From Psammoneis japonica (taxonomy: Eukaryota), in NCBI GenBank assembly GCA_008632985.1, contig QPGO01000017.1:744001-790205 (forward strand): 46,205 bases of DNA, read 5' to 3'. This document shows, in pieces, positions 1 to 11,518 of the stretch. The notes beneath the pieces were generated by a model. The model did not search any database. It was not told the DNA's origin and saw nothing but the letters and a program-made list of their open reading frames with translations. Positions within the stretch are counted from its first letter, which is position 1; every line of letters begins with the position of its first letter. Both the position numbers and the translations under genes were made by a program.

Positions 1-1323
1 ACCCCAGTCCGAGCGGGTCGCCGCGCGGTGCAAGGACTGGAGAGGTGTGTCGTCTAGTGTCGCTGTGATGTTGGCGCGAGCCATGGACGCATTGAGAGCG
101 CCAGCCCACGCAGAACGGAGAGACTTGGACTTCTGTAACAAACAGTCCAATAGTTCATGAGAAAAGCAAGGGACTTCGGCTGGGCTTGGATTAAATTTCA
201 TGTCCGTGTCAACCTTCTGGGTTTTGTTAACGTAAAACCCCGTGGCAATGGCAGTTACGTTGATGACTGGCTCACTGGGATAACCCGGTGTCCTGACTTC
301 AAAGTAAGCAATATCGCCCATGAGACGACGAGAGGTAGGAGGAGGGTGGAATCCACTGTATCGAATGGTACACTTGACTACCGACTTTTGTTCGGCCTCG
401 TTTAACTCTTCACAGATATCGCGCGTAGTCTTTTGCTCTGGAGGAGGAGCCTCCTTATCAGAGTTGTCCTCGTTGTCGCCCCCGTCAGTTTTCTTTCCTT
501 TCTTCTTTTTCTTTTTCGATTTCTTTTTCTTCACTTCTGTTGCACCTTCCGGGTTTGCTCCATCGTCCGCATCCCCCCAGAGCATCTGCTCCTCACCGCA
601 CGACAGGTAGAAAAAATCACGGAGGTTGGTGCCATCCACAGCAGCCGACTTTCCCAAAGGGAATTTTGGTAGCTTTTCTGCAGCTTCTTTTTTCGCTTTT
701 TCTGTATTATCGGGTTCCTTTTGCGGTTCTTCTTTAGGGTCTACTGAAGCCGCATCCTCCGCAAGAGAGACAACAGAGGGTGCGTTTCCGTCCAAGAGGG
801 ACCGCAAGCGAGCGACATGATCTCTCACTGTAGCGGCATCGTAACGTTCCAATACAACGCGGAAAGCCGCTCCATCTTGAAGTCCCTTTTCGATTAGAGG
901 ACTCAAGTCATCGAAGTCGTCCAGCACAATTTCCGCTTCGTTCGAGTTCTGGCCCAGGCCTTTCGCTGCCGCAGGTGCCGATACCACAGCTTCTGGTCCA
1001 GTAAACGGCGACACTACTTGACTGGGATCAGAGCCAACCTGAGCATCAGGGCTAGTACCTGGTGGAGCTTCGCCCTTGGCTTGCTCCAAGATAAACCGAA
1101 AATTCGTCAAGTGAGCATAGCCACGTACTTCACTGAGCGCAGCACGGAGCGAAGCCACAGGTTCCTCCGCGCGAAGCGGAGGGAGAGGAACAGCTCCCTC
1201 AGTGGTCCCACCGTAGCTCTGAAGCGGTGGGAGGATACTCAAATCCTTGAATAAGGCATTAGGTGTTTCAGGAGATTCTTCCTCGGTCGTGGCAGCCGGC
1301 GGTGACGCCTCTTTTTCGGCCAT
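1..1323 (-). CDS. CLU1: Clustered mitochondria protein (CLU1/CLUH/TIF31) homolog, 5' part; runs off the window
   Basis: Manual minus-strand translation from ATG 1323 (MAEKEASPP...). CLU_N-like segments YAHLTNFRF, LDDFDDL and VLERYDAATVRDHVARLRSLL, then the CLU motif SGFHPPPTSRRLMGDIAYFEV...AIATGFYVNKT. It is absent from the ORF track, consistent with the frame running off the window. Confidence 0.85.
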   Translation of the reverse strand, partial: MAEKEASPPAATTEEESPETPNALFKDLSILPPLQSYGGTTEGAVPLPPLRAEEPVASLRAALSEVRGYAHLTNFRFILEQAKGEAPPGTSPDAQVGSDPSQVVSPFTGPEAVVSAPAAAKGLGQNSNEAEIVLDDFDDLSPLIEKGLQDGAAFRVVLERYDAATVRDHVARLRSLLDGNAPSVVSLAEDAASVDPKEEPQKEPDNTEKAKKEAAEKLPKFPLGKSAAVDGTNLRDFFYLSCGEEQMLWGDADDGANPEGATEVKKKKSKKKKKKGKKTDGGDNEDNSDKEAPPPEQKTTRDICEELNEAEQKSVVKCTIRYSGFHPPPTSRRLMGDIAYFEVRTPGYPSEPVINVTAIATGFYVNKTQKVDTDMKFNPSPAEVPCFSHELLDCLLQKSKSLRSAWAGALNASMARANITATLDDTPLQSLHRAATRSDWG

Positions 1324-1730
1324 GGTGCGGTATGTTTTGTGTTTAGTCTGCAGGCTCAAATAATGCAAAAACTGCTACGTGAGAACGAGTACAGAAGGTA
1401 CAGGTACGCATGAAGCTTTGAGCGGTCAAGAGCTCGGTTCCGACACGGACGATGGTCAGTCGAGCCATTTAGTCGAATAGTTCAGTAGGAAATATCCGGG
1501 TTCGCGGGAACAAGCGTACCGGTAAGCGTGCGATGTGCACCTTGGATTTCTTCCCTCAATCCACAATGACCTCACCTCCATCCTGCGTCGTCGTCCGCTT
1601 ATGAACAACGGTAGAAATCGCGATCATCACTTCACATTGCACCCGCAATTCTCCACGCCTCCGACCCGTGTAGAACCAGCCTCCACTTCACAGACAGTCT
1701 GGTTCTCTGAATGGCCATAAGAAGTCAAGG

Positions 1731-2828
1731 ATGAACTTTGAGCGCTTCAAATCGCGAGTGACGGCAGCAGCAGACGTTGCCAAGCAATTCAAAGGGTTCG
1801 ACCAAATGGCAGCTCAAGATGATTACATTCACAGTCCTGATTTGAATGTGAGACAGAGTCGTCGAACATCTCCAGTAGAGATTCAGACTACTACCATAGG
1901 ACAGAGACGACCTAGCGTCGACCAGACAAGCAACACCTCAGCGACGCTGAACACCATCGACGGGCAGTCAGCCACTTCTCGCCAGGTAGAGGCAGCGGTG
2001 GATTCCTCCCGGGTGCCAAGTACCCCCCCATCTCATCAAGTGACAAAAATGCCGCTCTTGTCGGTAGTGTCCGACTTGGTCAGTGAGAAGTCTCAAGGAG
2101 AAAAATCGGATCAAGAAAGCGTTTCAAGATCAAGTCTAACGACCAGCAACCCTCTCCTGGAAGCGGAGTACAGTTCAGATGACGAGAGCTTCCATGATGC
2201 AGTAAAGGGCGACTTTGATCTACAGAAGAATCGACAGGGAGACAGTATGGCTCTTAATGAGAAAGGAAGATCTCACAGCAATATTGAAGATGGGCGAGAA
2301 AGGAGCCAATCCAATCCAAACCGTTTCATGGAGGACTTGGATCGCAGAATGTCCATGCCGCTAGACATAGAGATGGCCAATGTCAGTAGGACAGAGGAAA
2401 CAGCAAGCACTTGTATGATTGACGACAAACCGATTGCTGCTTCGTTTTCCGATGCAGAGAACAAATGGGATTGGATGAGAAACGTTGCGTCCATGCGCGT
2501 CAACAAAATGTTTGCCATGAAGGCCTCGACGCCTCCAACCCAGCCAAGCCAACAGGAACGCGAACCACTCACTGATACCGGCAAGCAGAATCAGCCTAGG
2601 GATCCTCATGATGACTACAAAATCACGGCATCCAGCTCGGTTTTGGCAGACGAGGACCACGCGCAACTACAACGAATACAAATGGCAACGCACGCTCATC
2701 CACTGACGATTATGCTCGAAATTGCCAAGCAAAATCCTCAGTTTGTCTTTATTGCTTTTACGGTTATCTTGGGTTCCGCGGTTTACTTTTATGCCCGCCG
2801 ACGAGGAAGCGAAGACGGGCTTTCATGA
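1731..2828 (+). CDS. Hypothetical tail-anchored membrane protein (365 aa)
   Basis: Long ATG ORF, S/T/Q-rich and disorder-like, with a single C-terminal hydrophobic helix (FVFIAFTVILGSAVYFYA) followed by RRR. Confidence 0.75.
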   Translation: MNFERFKSRVTAAADVAKQFKGFDQMAAQDDYIHSPDLNVRQSRRTSPVEIQTTTIGQRRPSVDQTSNTSATLNTIDGQSATSRQVEAAVDSSRVPSTPPSHQVTKMPLLSVVSDLVSEKSQGEKSDQESVSRSSLTTSNPLLEAEYSSDDESFHDAVKGDFDLQKNRQGDSMALNEKGRSHSNIEDGRERSQSNPNRFMEDLDRRMSMPLDIEMANVSRTEETASTCMIDDKPIAASFSDAENKWDWMRNVASMRVNKMFAMKASTPPTQPSQQEREPLTDTGKQNQPRDPHDDYKITASSSVLADEDHAQLQRIQMATHAHPLTIMLEIAKQNPQFVFIAFTVILGSAVYFYARRRGSEDGLS

Positions 2829-2895
2829 AAACAAAATGTCACTCGTCGTAATTGCACTGGTACGACCTCCAAGAAAATGTGCAACGTAGCTACTT

Positions 2896-5800
2896 CTACT
2901 CAGCGGCTACGGTATCATCCTTATTCCTATCACGGTCGTCTCGTTCCTTTTCTTCATCGTGAGTGTGTGTGTCGCCATTTGCAGTTTGGACTTCGATATC
3001 ATCGTCAAATTCATTCGCCACTTCGTCTGCGTCTGCTTCGAAGGGCAGAGGATCCTTTACTGGATACCGATCAATGCAAAACGTGGCTTCTCTGCAGAGA
3101 CGACGAATTTCGGGATGAATCCCATCAGAAACTCTCTTGGTCGTGTGCTCCCCGTCCATGCTCAGCGACGCACGCACAGGAGCGTACGGCAGATTCCCAA
3201 ATTGTCGAAGAGCGTCTAACACTCTATCTCAAGCAGCACCAACATAATGACATACTGTAAGAGACGCAATGATGACAGCATGCTCGTCAAGAAATCAACT
3301 TACCGACTCAGAATGCGAGCAAGGTCGCCAGGTGCAGCTCCCGACATTTCTAGAGCGTCGCTCCAACTACAACCAGAAGCCCAAGCGGTAACAACCTCGC
3401 ATGACGACAGCTCAAGCTCGCAACGTCGCGAAGCCTCATCGACACCAAGTTTCTTTTGCACTTCTTCAATACGCTCCAGTGATGAAAGTAGGCATTGAAC
3501 GGCCCGTTGCTGCTGTGATGGCCAGCGTTGAAATGACTCTATCCCCCCACTGTTGCTGCGAGATCCCTCGGTCACCAAGCATGACACGTAGCCAGCCATT
3601 TCACTAGGCGAAAGACTCTGCAAGAGAGACACAAGCGTTTCTGCCTCTAATTGTGGCTTGCAAGATAGGTTGTTCTCTGGATGGGATGCTGCAGCTGGAT
3701 TGTCGTCGTCGTCGTCGTCGTCGTCAAATATACTCAGGGCGACTTTTAATTCATCCAAGTCCGAAGACGCGCCTACGACATCCCAGGCACCTCCCAGAGC
3801 AACCAAGCACCAAAGAGAATTTTCAAACCCAAGCATCCCAACATTTACGCCTAGACACAAGCAGCAACAAAGATAAGCAACAGTAACGATGAAATAATAC
3901 CAGACAAAACGTCGTCGTACCTGCTTGTGTAACTTCAAACGAGGTCGATTCAAAAAACCATGGAGTCATCATGTCCTCAATATCAACTGGATCCTCTGTC
4001 GACAAACACCCGTACGCTACAAGAACCTTTGTTATGGCAAGCATATCATCCCACGTGTTAGCACAGTCGCCATTCGCGACATCGACGCTTTCGCGAACCG
4101 CCTCAGCGTTTTTCGACTTCCGTGCTCGGCGTTTCATAATGACTGCGGACTTAGCGAAGACCGAAAGCTCTTCTGGTGAGAGGGGGTCACTAGATGGCTT
4201 TTCTCGAGAGCGTGCGCTGTCTAAAGCGACGGAAAGGAGCCGTCCTTCACTACTACGAGGCTCACCCATGATCTCGTTCGCAGCGCCAGCAATCTCAGTG
4301 AATGGGTGTCGTAGAAGTGATTGCTCTGCCTTCACCACTCGCCTACGCTGAGCCTCGATTTCAGAGTTAATTCCTGCGGTGTCTTCATCGAAAAGATTGC
4401 CAAGAAAATCCATGTCTTCTTCACTGGCTACATTCATCATTGTCTCTTGCTCGCGTTCAAGGTAGCCTAAAGTACTTCTCTCGATATCCAAAATTCGAGC
4501 CGAACCAACATACGCCTTCGACACCTTCTTAAGTGCCTTCACATCACCAAGTAACAGTAGCCACTCCTGAACTCGCAGTTGATCAGATCGCATGCCCAAA
4601 ACATTGACCAGTTCTTCCATAAATCTTTCGTGAGAGGCACGGTCCAATGCTTCAACGACTGTACCGGCATCGCCTCTAGCCTCCACTGCTGAATTCGAAG
4701 GATGCTCTGCTTGCCGCTTCTCCCACATGGCAAACGACTTCTGCACAAGCTGTTGGGCAATTTCCAGTTTTCCTTCTCCTCGTGCAATCAGGTTTACGGC
4801 GAGAGAATAAGACGGACTGAACTGAGACACCACAGGCTTGATTTCACTTGTAAGGATCGATGTGGCTTCCTCCGGGCCTTCAAAGGGCGTCGCCAATATC
4901 GCACATGTACCATCGGAATCCATTCCTCGCCGGCCTGCTCTACCAGCCATTTGCATTAGATTAGCAGTCTCAAGCAAATTCATCGAACTTCCACCTCCTC
5001 GTTTTGCCAGCGAACAAATTACCGTGGTGCGTGCTGGCATGTTTATTCCAGCAGCAAGCGTTTCGGTGGCGAAGACTACCTTCATCAGTTGAGCTCTGTA
5101 GAGCGTCTCTACAAAGGCTTTGTGAGCAGCCAGCATACCAGCGTGGTGCGAGCCAACGCCAAAAAGAAACTGTTCGACGGTCATGTCATCGAAGGCAATC
5201 TCTTGATTTTCGTTGTTGAAAGCGCTGACGCGAGAGGCAACCTCCTTCACCTCATCGATCCCAAGAAGCCCTAAATCCGCATACGCAGCCCAATTCTCGG
5301 ACGACAAGCGAGAACTTATGCCCATTTCATCAGAAAACGAGTCTTCTGCCGACCAGTCCAACACCGACGACATTAAATCCTCACTGACATAATTGCCATC
5401 AGATCGAAATGAGCGCCCACTGCTGTCCTCAACGGTGTTTCTCTGGTTATAACGTTCCCGTCGCGATCGCCGTCTCCGCTTTTTTCTTTCGACTGAAGAC
5501 TCCCGAGGCGTGTGATTCTGCCTAGACGAATCTTCAGATGACGCTACTCTTTGACTTGGCTTTCCTTGACCCCTCATGAAATCGCAAACACTCTCAGCAG
5601 CCCGATCACATCCTGCACGCGAAAAAATGAAGAAAATAGCTGGTAACAAGCCCCTCCTTTCGAGACGCTTCAACACAATAGCAAGAGATGGCACGGATCT
5701 TCTCATTTCGACCTTCAAAAGTCTCTCCCGTTCTCGTCTCTCCTCCCTAGCACTCATTCCTCTCTGTCTGGGGGTTTTCCTCCAACCCAGTTCCTCATCG

Positions 5801-6927
5801 TCAGCACGCAAAGATGCCTTGATCTTTTGTCGTTCGATACTGCGATCGACTTTCCGTATTCTCTTGTTGATCGCCATCTTTAGAGCCGGATTAATCTGAA
5901 GCCCTTTTGGAAAGGGTGTTATAAGCTTTCCCTCCTTTCTACTACTTCTTCCATTAAACCCTCTCTTCTGTTCTTTATGTTTCTCTGCTTCGCCATCTCC
6001 ACGCCACCCTAGTAAGCCCTTGGGAGCACCGGGACCTGCGTCAGGCTCCCGAAACAAAGGATACAAGCCATCTTTTGATGCAAATAGATACCGTAAAGGC
6101 ACCGGTCGCTGACCTGGAAACTCCACAAGCACTGACCTTCTTCCCGTAACGCTTTCCATCCATTCCGCCAACCGACCTGCATTAGGTAAGGTAGCGGACA
6201 AGCCCACGATCTGTGTATGCGGTGGGGAAGTGATAACACTTTCCTCCCACACACCCCCTCTTCCTGGCTGTCCCATGTAATGAAATTCATCCAGCACTAC
6301 CACAGCGTTTGATTGTAGCTCGTCTCGGTTGAGCAATTTTCTCTCTTGAGAAGAGTGTTGGACATGTCTGCTGTCGCTGGAGCGCCATGCCATGTTCCGA
6401 TAGACCTCCGTCGTCATCACTGTAATGCGGGCTCCACGATTGATGGACATGTCGCCTGTACTTAATCCAACACTTTCTTTCCCAAAAATCGGTCTCAGCT
6501 CGGCGAACTTCTGGTTGGAGAGCGCCTTCAATGGCGTCGTATAAATGGCATTCGAGCCTGCATCGTAAGCAATACGTAGAGCCATCTCTCCTACTACTGT
6601 TTTTCCGGCTCCCGTCGGGGCACAAACGATGACGTTATTTCCGTTCCAAATCTCGCATCCGGCTTGAACCTGCCAATCATCAAGAGGAAAAGAGAAGAAA
6701 GGTTGCAAGCGCTGGCGTGCGTCTTCGATGGAGCACTCCTCTATCAGTGCTGGCGAGTCTTTCTGAGAGACCCCCACGGAAGTGACTCTTCTTGGTTCTG
6801 TACTCGCGTAAAAAGAAAAGCAGCCAACAGGGCTCAAGCTTCCCAGCAAACAGAAGAGACTAAAAAGTGCTGGTACAAAGTGCGGGGTGGCTTTCCATTC
6901 CCGGGGAGATTGTCTTGAACTGCACAT
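2896..6927 (-). CDS. Ski2-like DExH RNA helicase (ISE2/HelY-like), probably plastid-targeted; exons 6927-3921, 3850-3304, 3223-2896
   Basis: Motifs APTGAGKT, TPLKALSNQK, LDEFH, LSAT, HHAG, ATETLAAGINMPA and QMAGRAGRRG. C-terminal DSHCT-like GDLARILSRVLDALRQ spans an intron. GT-AG introns 3920-3851 and 3303-3224 join the three ORFs in frame. N-terminal hydrophobic signal ends VGC-F. Confidence 0.88.
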
Positions 6928-7244
6928 GACGTTCCAGTAAAACACCAAAATTTTTTTCGAGTTGCCTAGCAGCGTTACGAGAGTGATTTTCAATTTCTGG
7001 CCGTGCACATCACATCAGGACATCGTCAAATAATCGTCATCGCGATGTGCGATGTGCGATGGATGTTGCCATCAGCCATCGCAGAATTGACCACGAACAC
7101 TTTGTTGCGGACGGCCGCCGCACGTACAGACTAACCAGACAGCCAGCCAGACAGGCACGCAAGCACACACCTTTTGGTAGTCCATTTCCCAATTTTGGAT
7201 TTCCAGATGATTCTTCCAGATCGTAAAGGTACTGCAAGGCAGAG

Positions 7245-9179
7245 ATGAGATTACGTTACGGCGCTGTTGTTTCAACAATTGTAATCATTGTGAAATCGAC
7301 AACCGCAAGTAGTGTGTGCGAGATAGATGGATTTTGCGGTGGCGATGATTGTCAATTGTACTTGGCTCCTTCAACAATCGAGAACGCAGGCTTAGGTGTC
7401 TTCACAGCGACAGCTCTGGAAAAGGGTGATGTGATTGGATATGGTGACTTAGCGATCCCAATCATTGATTTTACTTGGCACGTCGGAAAAGGTCGCAGCT
7501 ACTTCTGGCATTTGCGGTCTTATGTAAGTACCATCGCCATCTATACTGCTTCTAGCAAGTCAGCGTCTCAAGCATTCGAAATTTGTTGCGACAGGTCTGG
7601 CAGGGGTGGTCATTGGTGGGTCTGTCCATCCTTTTGAAAGCAATGTGAGTGTCTTTAGTTTCACCTTGTCTCTCACTCACTTGTTTTCCGTTTGTACTGT
7701 GTTTTGAAGGGAATGCACGCGGAGTCAGAAGATGTTTCTACTGAAGCTGTTACCGCATTTCTGCCTGGCTTGGACGCAGCAATTAATTGCAATCCGGCGC
7801 TCATTAACACTGGAAAAGCTACTCCTGTGTATGACAGTGCTGGTGTGCATCGAAGTCGCTACCCAGGTGCGGGCGCTTTCACGCCATATCACAACGGCAC
7901 CAACACTGCACGCGAACCAATTCCCGCTGGCGGTGAGTTATTCAAGTACTACGGAGATGGCTGGTTTTCATCGCGTGAAGGAATGGAACATATTCCCTTT
8001 GAAACGGATTTTCTCCATGCCCAAGCAATTTTGAATAAGTTTGCCAGTATAAAGCTTTCGCAAGAGGGAATGGAAGCGCTGTGGGAGGTTGTTAAGTTGG
8101 ATCCTTGGATGTCGCGCCAGGGTTATGCGTTGCCTGTCACAGCAGTGGATGCTCTAAAGGGTGCTAGGCAAGGTATACGATCTTTACACCAGCCGTCTGC
8201 GACTCGATCGATTGACTTTTTGATAAAAGAGGGTAGGTGCATGGACAATATACGATCTGGCCCTTCCACAATCAAAGGAGCAGGCCGAGGCGCGTTTGCT
8301 ACTCGGTTTCAGCCCTCGGGGTCCATTATCACGGGATCGCCTCTTTTGCACATTCCGGATCGAGATATGCTATTAATGTATGGGGTGGAAAAGGGTGATG
8401 AAACTCGATTGAAGCGGAACGCGTCTGATATTATTGGCACACAGCTTTTGATCAACTACTGTTTTGGACACGAGGAGTCGTCGCTTCTTCTGTGTCCGTA
8501 TGGAAGTGGAGTGGGCTACATAAACCACCACGATGCCAAGGTTAATGTCAAAATCCAATTTCCCGACCCTCCAGTTTTGAGGCATAACACTGAATGGCTG
8601 GATTACGAGGTTAGCGACATGGAAGGGAATCTCAACGTAGGTGTGGCATTTGATTACGTAGCAACCCGCGATATCTTGCCCGGCGAGGAGCTGTTTCTTA
8701 ACTATGGCGAACGCTGGGAAAAGGCCTGGAAAATGCATGTTCAAAAATGGGCGCCACCCGATGAAGCTGTCCAATATGTTTCAGCTCGCGATTTCAATGA
8801 GCAAACACGTTTTTTACGCACCGTAGAGGAACTACAAAACAAACCGTATCCTGATAATGTGAGGCTTATGTGCCATCCACGAGTCCTTAGACATCTGGAT
8901 CGTATTGGTGATGACTGGACGGCAGAAGAAATGGGAGTATCCTGTGAGGTCATCGATCGTACCAAAAGGGGAAATGTCTTTGTTTATACCGTTAAAGTTG
9001 CGGGAAACCGAATTGGCAATGTTACACGGAATGCTTTACGTTTTTTCGACGTTCCTTATTCAACCGATATTCACCTGCATTCTGCATTTAGGCATGAAAT
9101 AATGATCCCTGATACTCTATTCCCCACAAAGTGGAAGAACCGCAAACAAGGAGTGGCACAACGAAGTCGGGACACATGA
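7245..9179 (+). CDS. Signal-peptide tandem SET-domain protein (diatom BacSET-like methyltransferase); exons 7245-7523, 7595-7615, 7710-9179
   Basis: SET motifs LAPSTIENAGLGVFT...GGELFKYYG and PSTIKGAGRGAFATR...YINH...ATRDILPGEELFLNYG. Hydrophobic N-terminus. Two GT-AG introns keep the frame. Confidence 0.8.
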
Positions 9180-9481
9180 AATTGCCCGTTTCATAGGTAT
9201 ACTTGCAGCAGATAACGGAGAACGGACTTCGGACTTTTGTTTCCGATTCTTTCCTTTACAGCGGTTTCACTGAAAAGTACAAGGTGGACAGTGCTTTGCG
9301 GGCTTCAAAAAGCGTCCTTTTACGATTGCAAAGAGATACCAGTAAAAAAAGATCTTCCGTCGCCTTCCTTCTAGGTAGGTTTGTTCACCGGAAAATATAT
9401 TTTGATTAGATCAAAATTCCTATTTTAATTAAATCGAGTTACGAAACACGTTCTGGTTTAGTGTCGACGTAGGTTTCGTCC

Positions 9482-10612
9482 TCAGAGAACCTCGCATTTC
9501 GGATAGTATCGATAGCATACAGAATCGGAATCGGCCTCAAGCGTCGCCGTAGTTTCATAGACGTTCTTCGCGAGGTTGTTTATACGTGATTCTGCTGAGA
9601 ACGATGGAACAAACTTTATGACTCGTGGGGACACAAAACCTTTTGTCGTCTCCTCGAGGATCTGAACTAAATCAGAAACACCTTCGTGATCGTCAGTCAT
9701 GGCTACTGAATCTACTGCAGACATAAGATACCCCAATTCGTTCGAACCTGTACAACCCAAACGCGGATGAAGCAAATTTTCCATCCAGAGTTTGGCTGCT
9801 GTTCGAGATTGAGGATGATTGAGGTTCCACATGAGAATTCCGCTCTCACTCCGTATCAAGTCTTCCAATGCATCGAAATCTACGTTCTGTGACACCGACC
9901 CGGCAACGGCTAACAGTTTGTTCTTGGGAAGCAAGGAAAGTAGGTCGAAATCTAAATCAGTGATGATAGAATCTGCCGGCAAGATCAAGACTGAGTCATA
10001 CGTGCGCTTCGTGGCATAGACTGACGAAGATCCTTTGGCTTCGTCGACGAAGCTCTGCTCCTGTCGCTTCAATAACGTGTCCAGCACAACCGCTTTGTTA
10101 ACACATTCTCTAGATGGACCCTGGCTGCCTGAGTATCGCAGATAATCAATACCCCATTGTTTAGAGTAGGCACGGTTTGGTCTGGATGTGATATCAGCCA
10201 TGTCACCCAAAGGACCGGGGCCTGTCATCTGAACTACCAACAAATTGCGAGTGCCCAAAGTTGCACGGGAGGTGCTCGTCTGTTTCGGGAAGTAGTGGTA
10301 GTGGTACCATTCCAATGCTGGTGCTTCATGGGAATCGAATGGGAGCGGGAACTTCGAGGTATGGTGAACGTTGAAAAAAATCGTAATGGCGCATAAACCG
10401 AGAGCAACAATAATTGACGTCAACAAGTGACGGCCCAAACCATGTTGATTGACCCGCTTTCTCTTATGACCTGTCAAGATCTGCAAAAATACCGCCCAAA
10501 GATTCTTTTCCGAATTATCACTACTTTTTGGAAACGTGGAACACGAATACTCGGAAAGTTTACTTTTTGCGGAGGGTTCACGCTGATGCCGTGATTGGTC
10601 GCAATCGTACAT
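9482..10612 (-). CDS. Type II membrane glycosyltransferase-like protein (GT34/MNN10-like, degenerate DxD)
   Basis: TM helix LLTSIIVALGLCAITIFF. Segments YSKQWGIDY, NKAVVL, YDSVLILPADSIITD and SGILMWNL resemble the GT34 pattern. First ATG is at 10612. Confidence 0.55.
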   Translation of the reverse strand: MYDCDQSRHQREPSAKSKLSEYSCSTFPKSSDNSEKNLWAVFLQILTGHKRKRVNQHGLGRHLLTSIIVALGLCAITIFFNVHHTSKFPLPFDSHEAPALEWYHYHYFPKQTSTSRATLGTRNLLVVQMTGPGPLGDMADITSRPNRAYSKQWGIDYLRYSGSQGPSRECVNKAVVLDTLLKRQEQSFVDEAKGSSSVYATKRTYDSVLILPADSIITDLDFDLLSLLPKNKLLAVAGSVSQNVDFDALEDLIRSESGILMWNLNHPQSRTAAKLWMENLLHPRLGCTGSNELGYLMSAVDSVAMTDDHEGVSDLVQILEETTKGFVSPRVIKFVPSFSAESRINNLAKNVYETTATLEADSDSVCYRYYPKCEVL

Positions 10613-10989
10613 TTTTACTTCCTCTGCAAAGGGAAAAAGGAAAGTGGCGCCCCGCAAATGAGTATAATGAAGAATACTTCGAAAAAAGATCGCTCAAAGA
10701 CCTCTTGAGAGTACGGTAGTACCGGTATCCGGGGACGTACTGTACTGTCCTGCTGAAAGTATCGACCCTCACTATCACTCCCAATCTCTGTGAAGAGTGC
10801 TTAGCATCGCGGCGTCAAGGTCTTGTTCGATGTTCGATGATGATGTTCTGATGTCGGCGCTGCGCTGATGCTTGATGCTTGATATGTTTTCCTATTCGTT
10901 CCATTATTCAATAGCATATCGCTTCGACTTCCTGTATTCGAAATATTTTATTTGCATTGAACAATAAGAGAACAGTCACTCGTCCTTAT

Positions 10990-11420
10990 CTCGAGTAGGA
11001 GGTAGTAGGTAGAGTAGGGCCTCTCTACTAGCAGCGCATGATATCTATGATAGATGCCGGCCGGATATGCTGCTATTGCTATGCTCTCTACTCTAGAGCT
11101 TAGCTATGCTAACTCTCTCTCTCTAGAGAGAGAGAGTCTAGCTCTAGCTACTTGTACTAGAGAGAGTACCGGTAGAGCTATGCTACTTCATATGCTGCGG
11201 TAGCTACTTCTAGCTAGTTACGACGTACCCACTCATAGAGCTTTGACTCTACTGTACCTTTATGCACTGCTATCTCTAAAGTACAGAGTAATTTACTGCA
11301 GCTTAATTAAGATCCTCTCTACTAGTCTAGAGTAGCTGTAGCCAGCTTTCTCTCTAGCTAGTAGAGAAACCCACTCTACTCTCTTGGAGAGAGCAAGAGA
11401 GTGTTGAAGCAGCCTCTAGT
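10990..11420. repeat. CTAG/TAG/CTA/AGAG-saturated low-complexity intergenic island
   Basis: Dense in ctctagag, tagctag, ctactag and ctctctctctagagagagagag; no ORF. Confidence 0.8.
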
Positions 11421-11518
11421 CTTTGGTTGAACATTATGACCCGAAATGCGACTCTAAACCATCCGCCCGGGAAACGAAATTTCTAGCAATCTTTTGGCAC
11501 CATCGGCTCTTCTCTCTT

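Noticed and set aside
157..1254. Plus-strand ORFs at the window start (and antisense ORFs over NOG2 and the helicases)
   Set aside because: These are shadow frames of real genes on the opposite strand.
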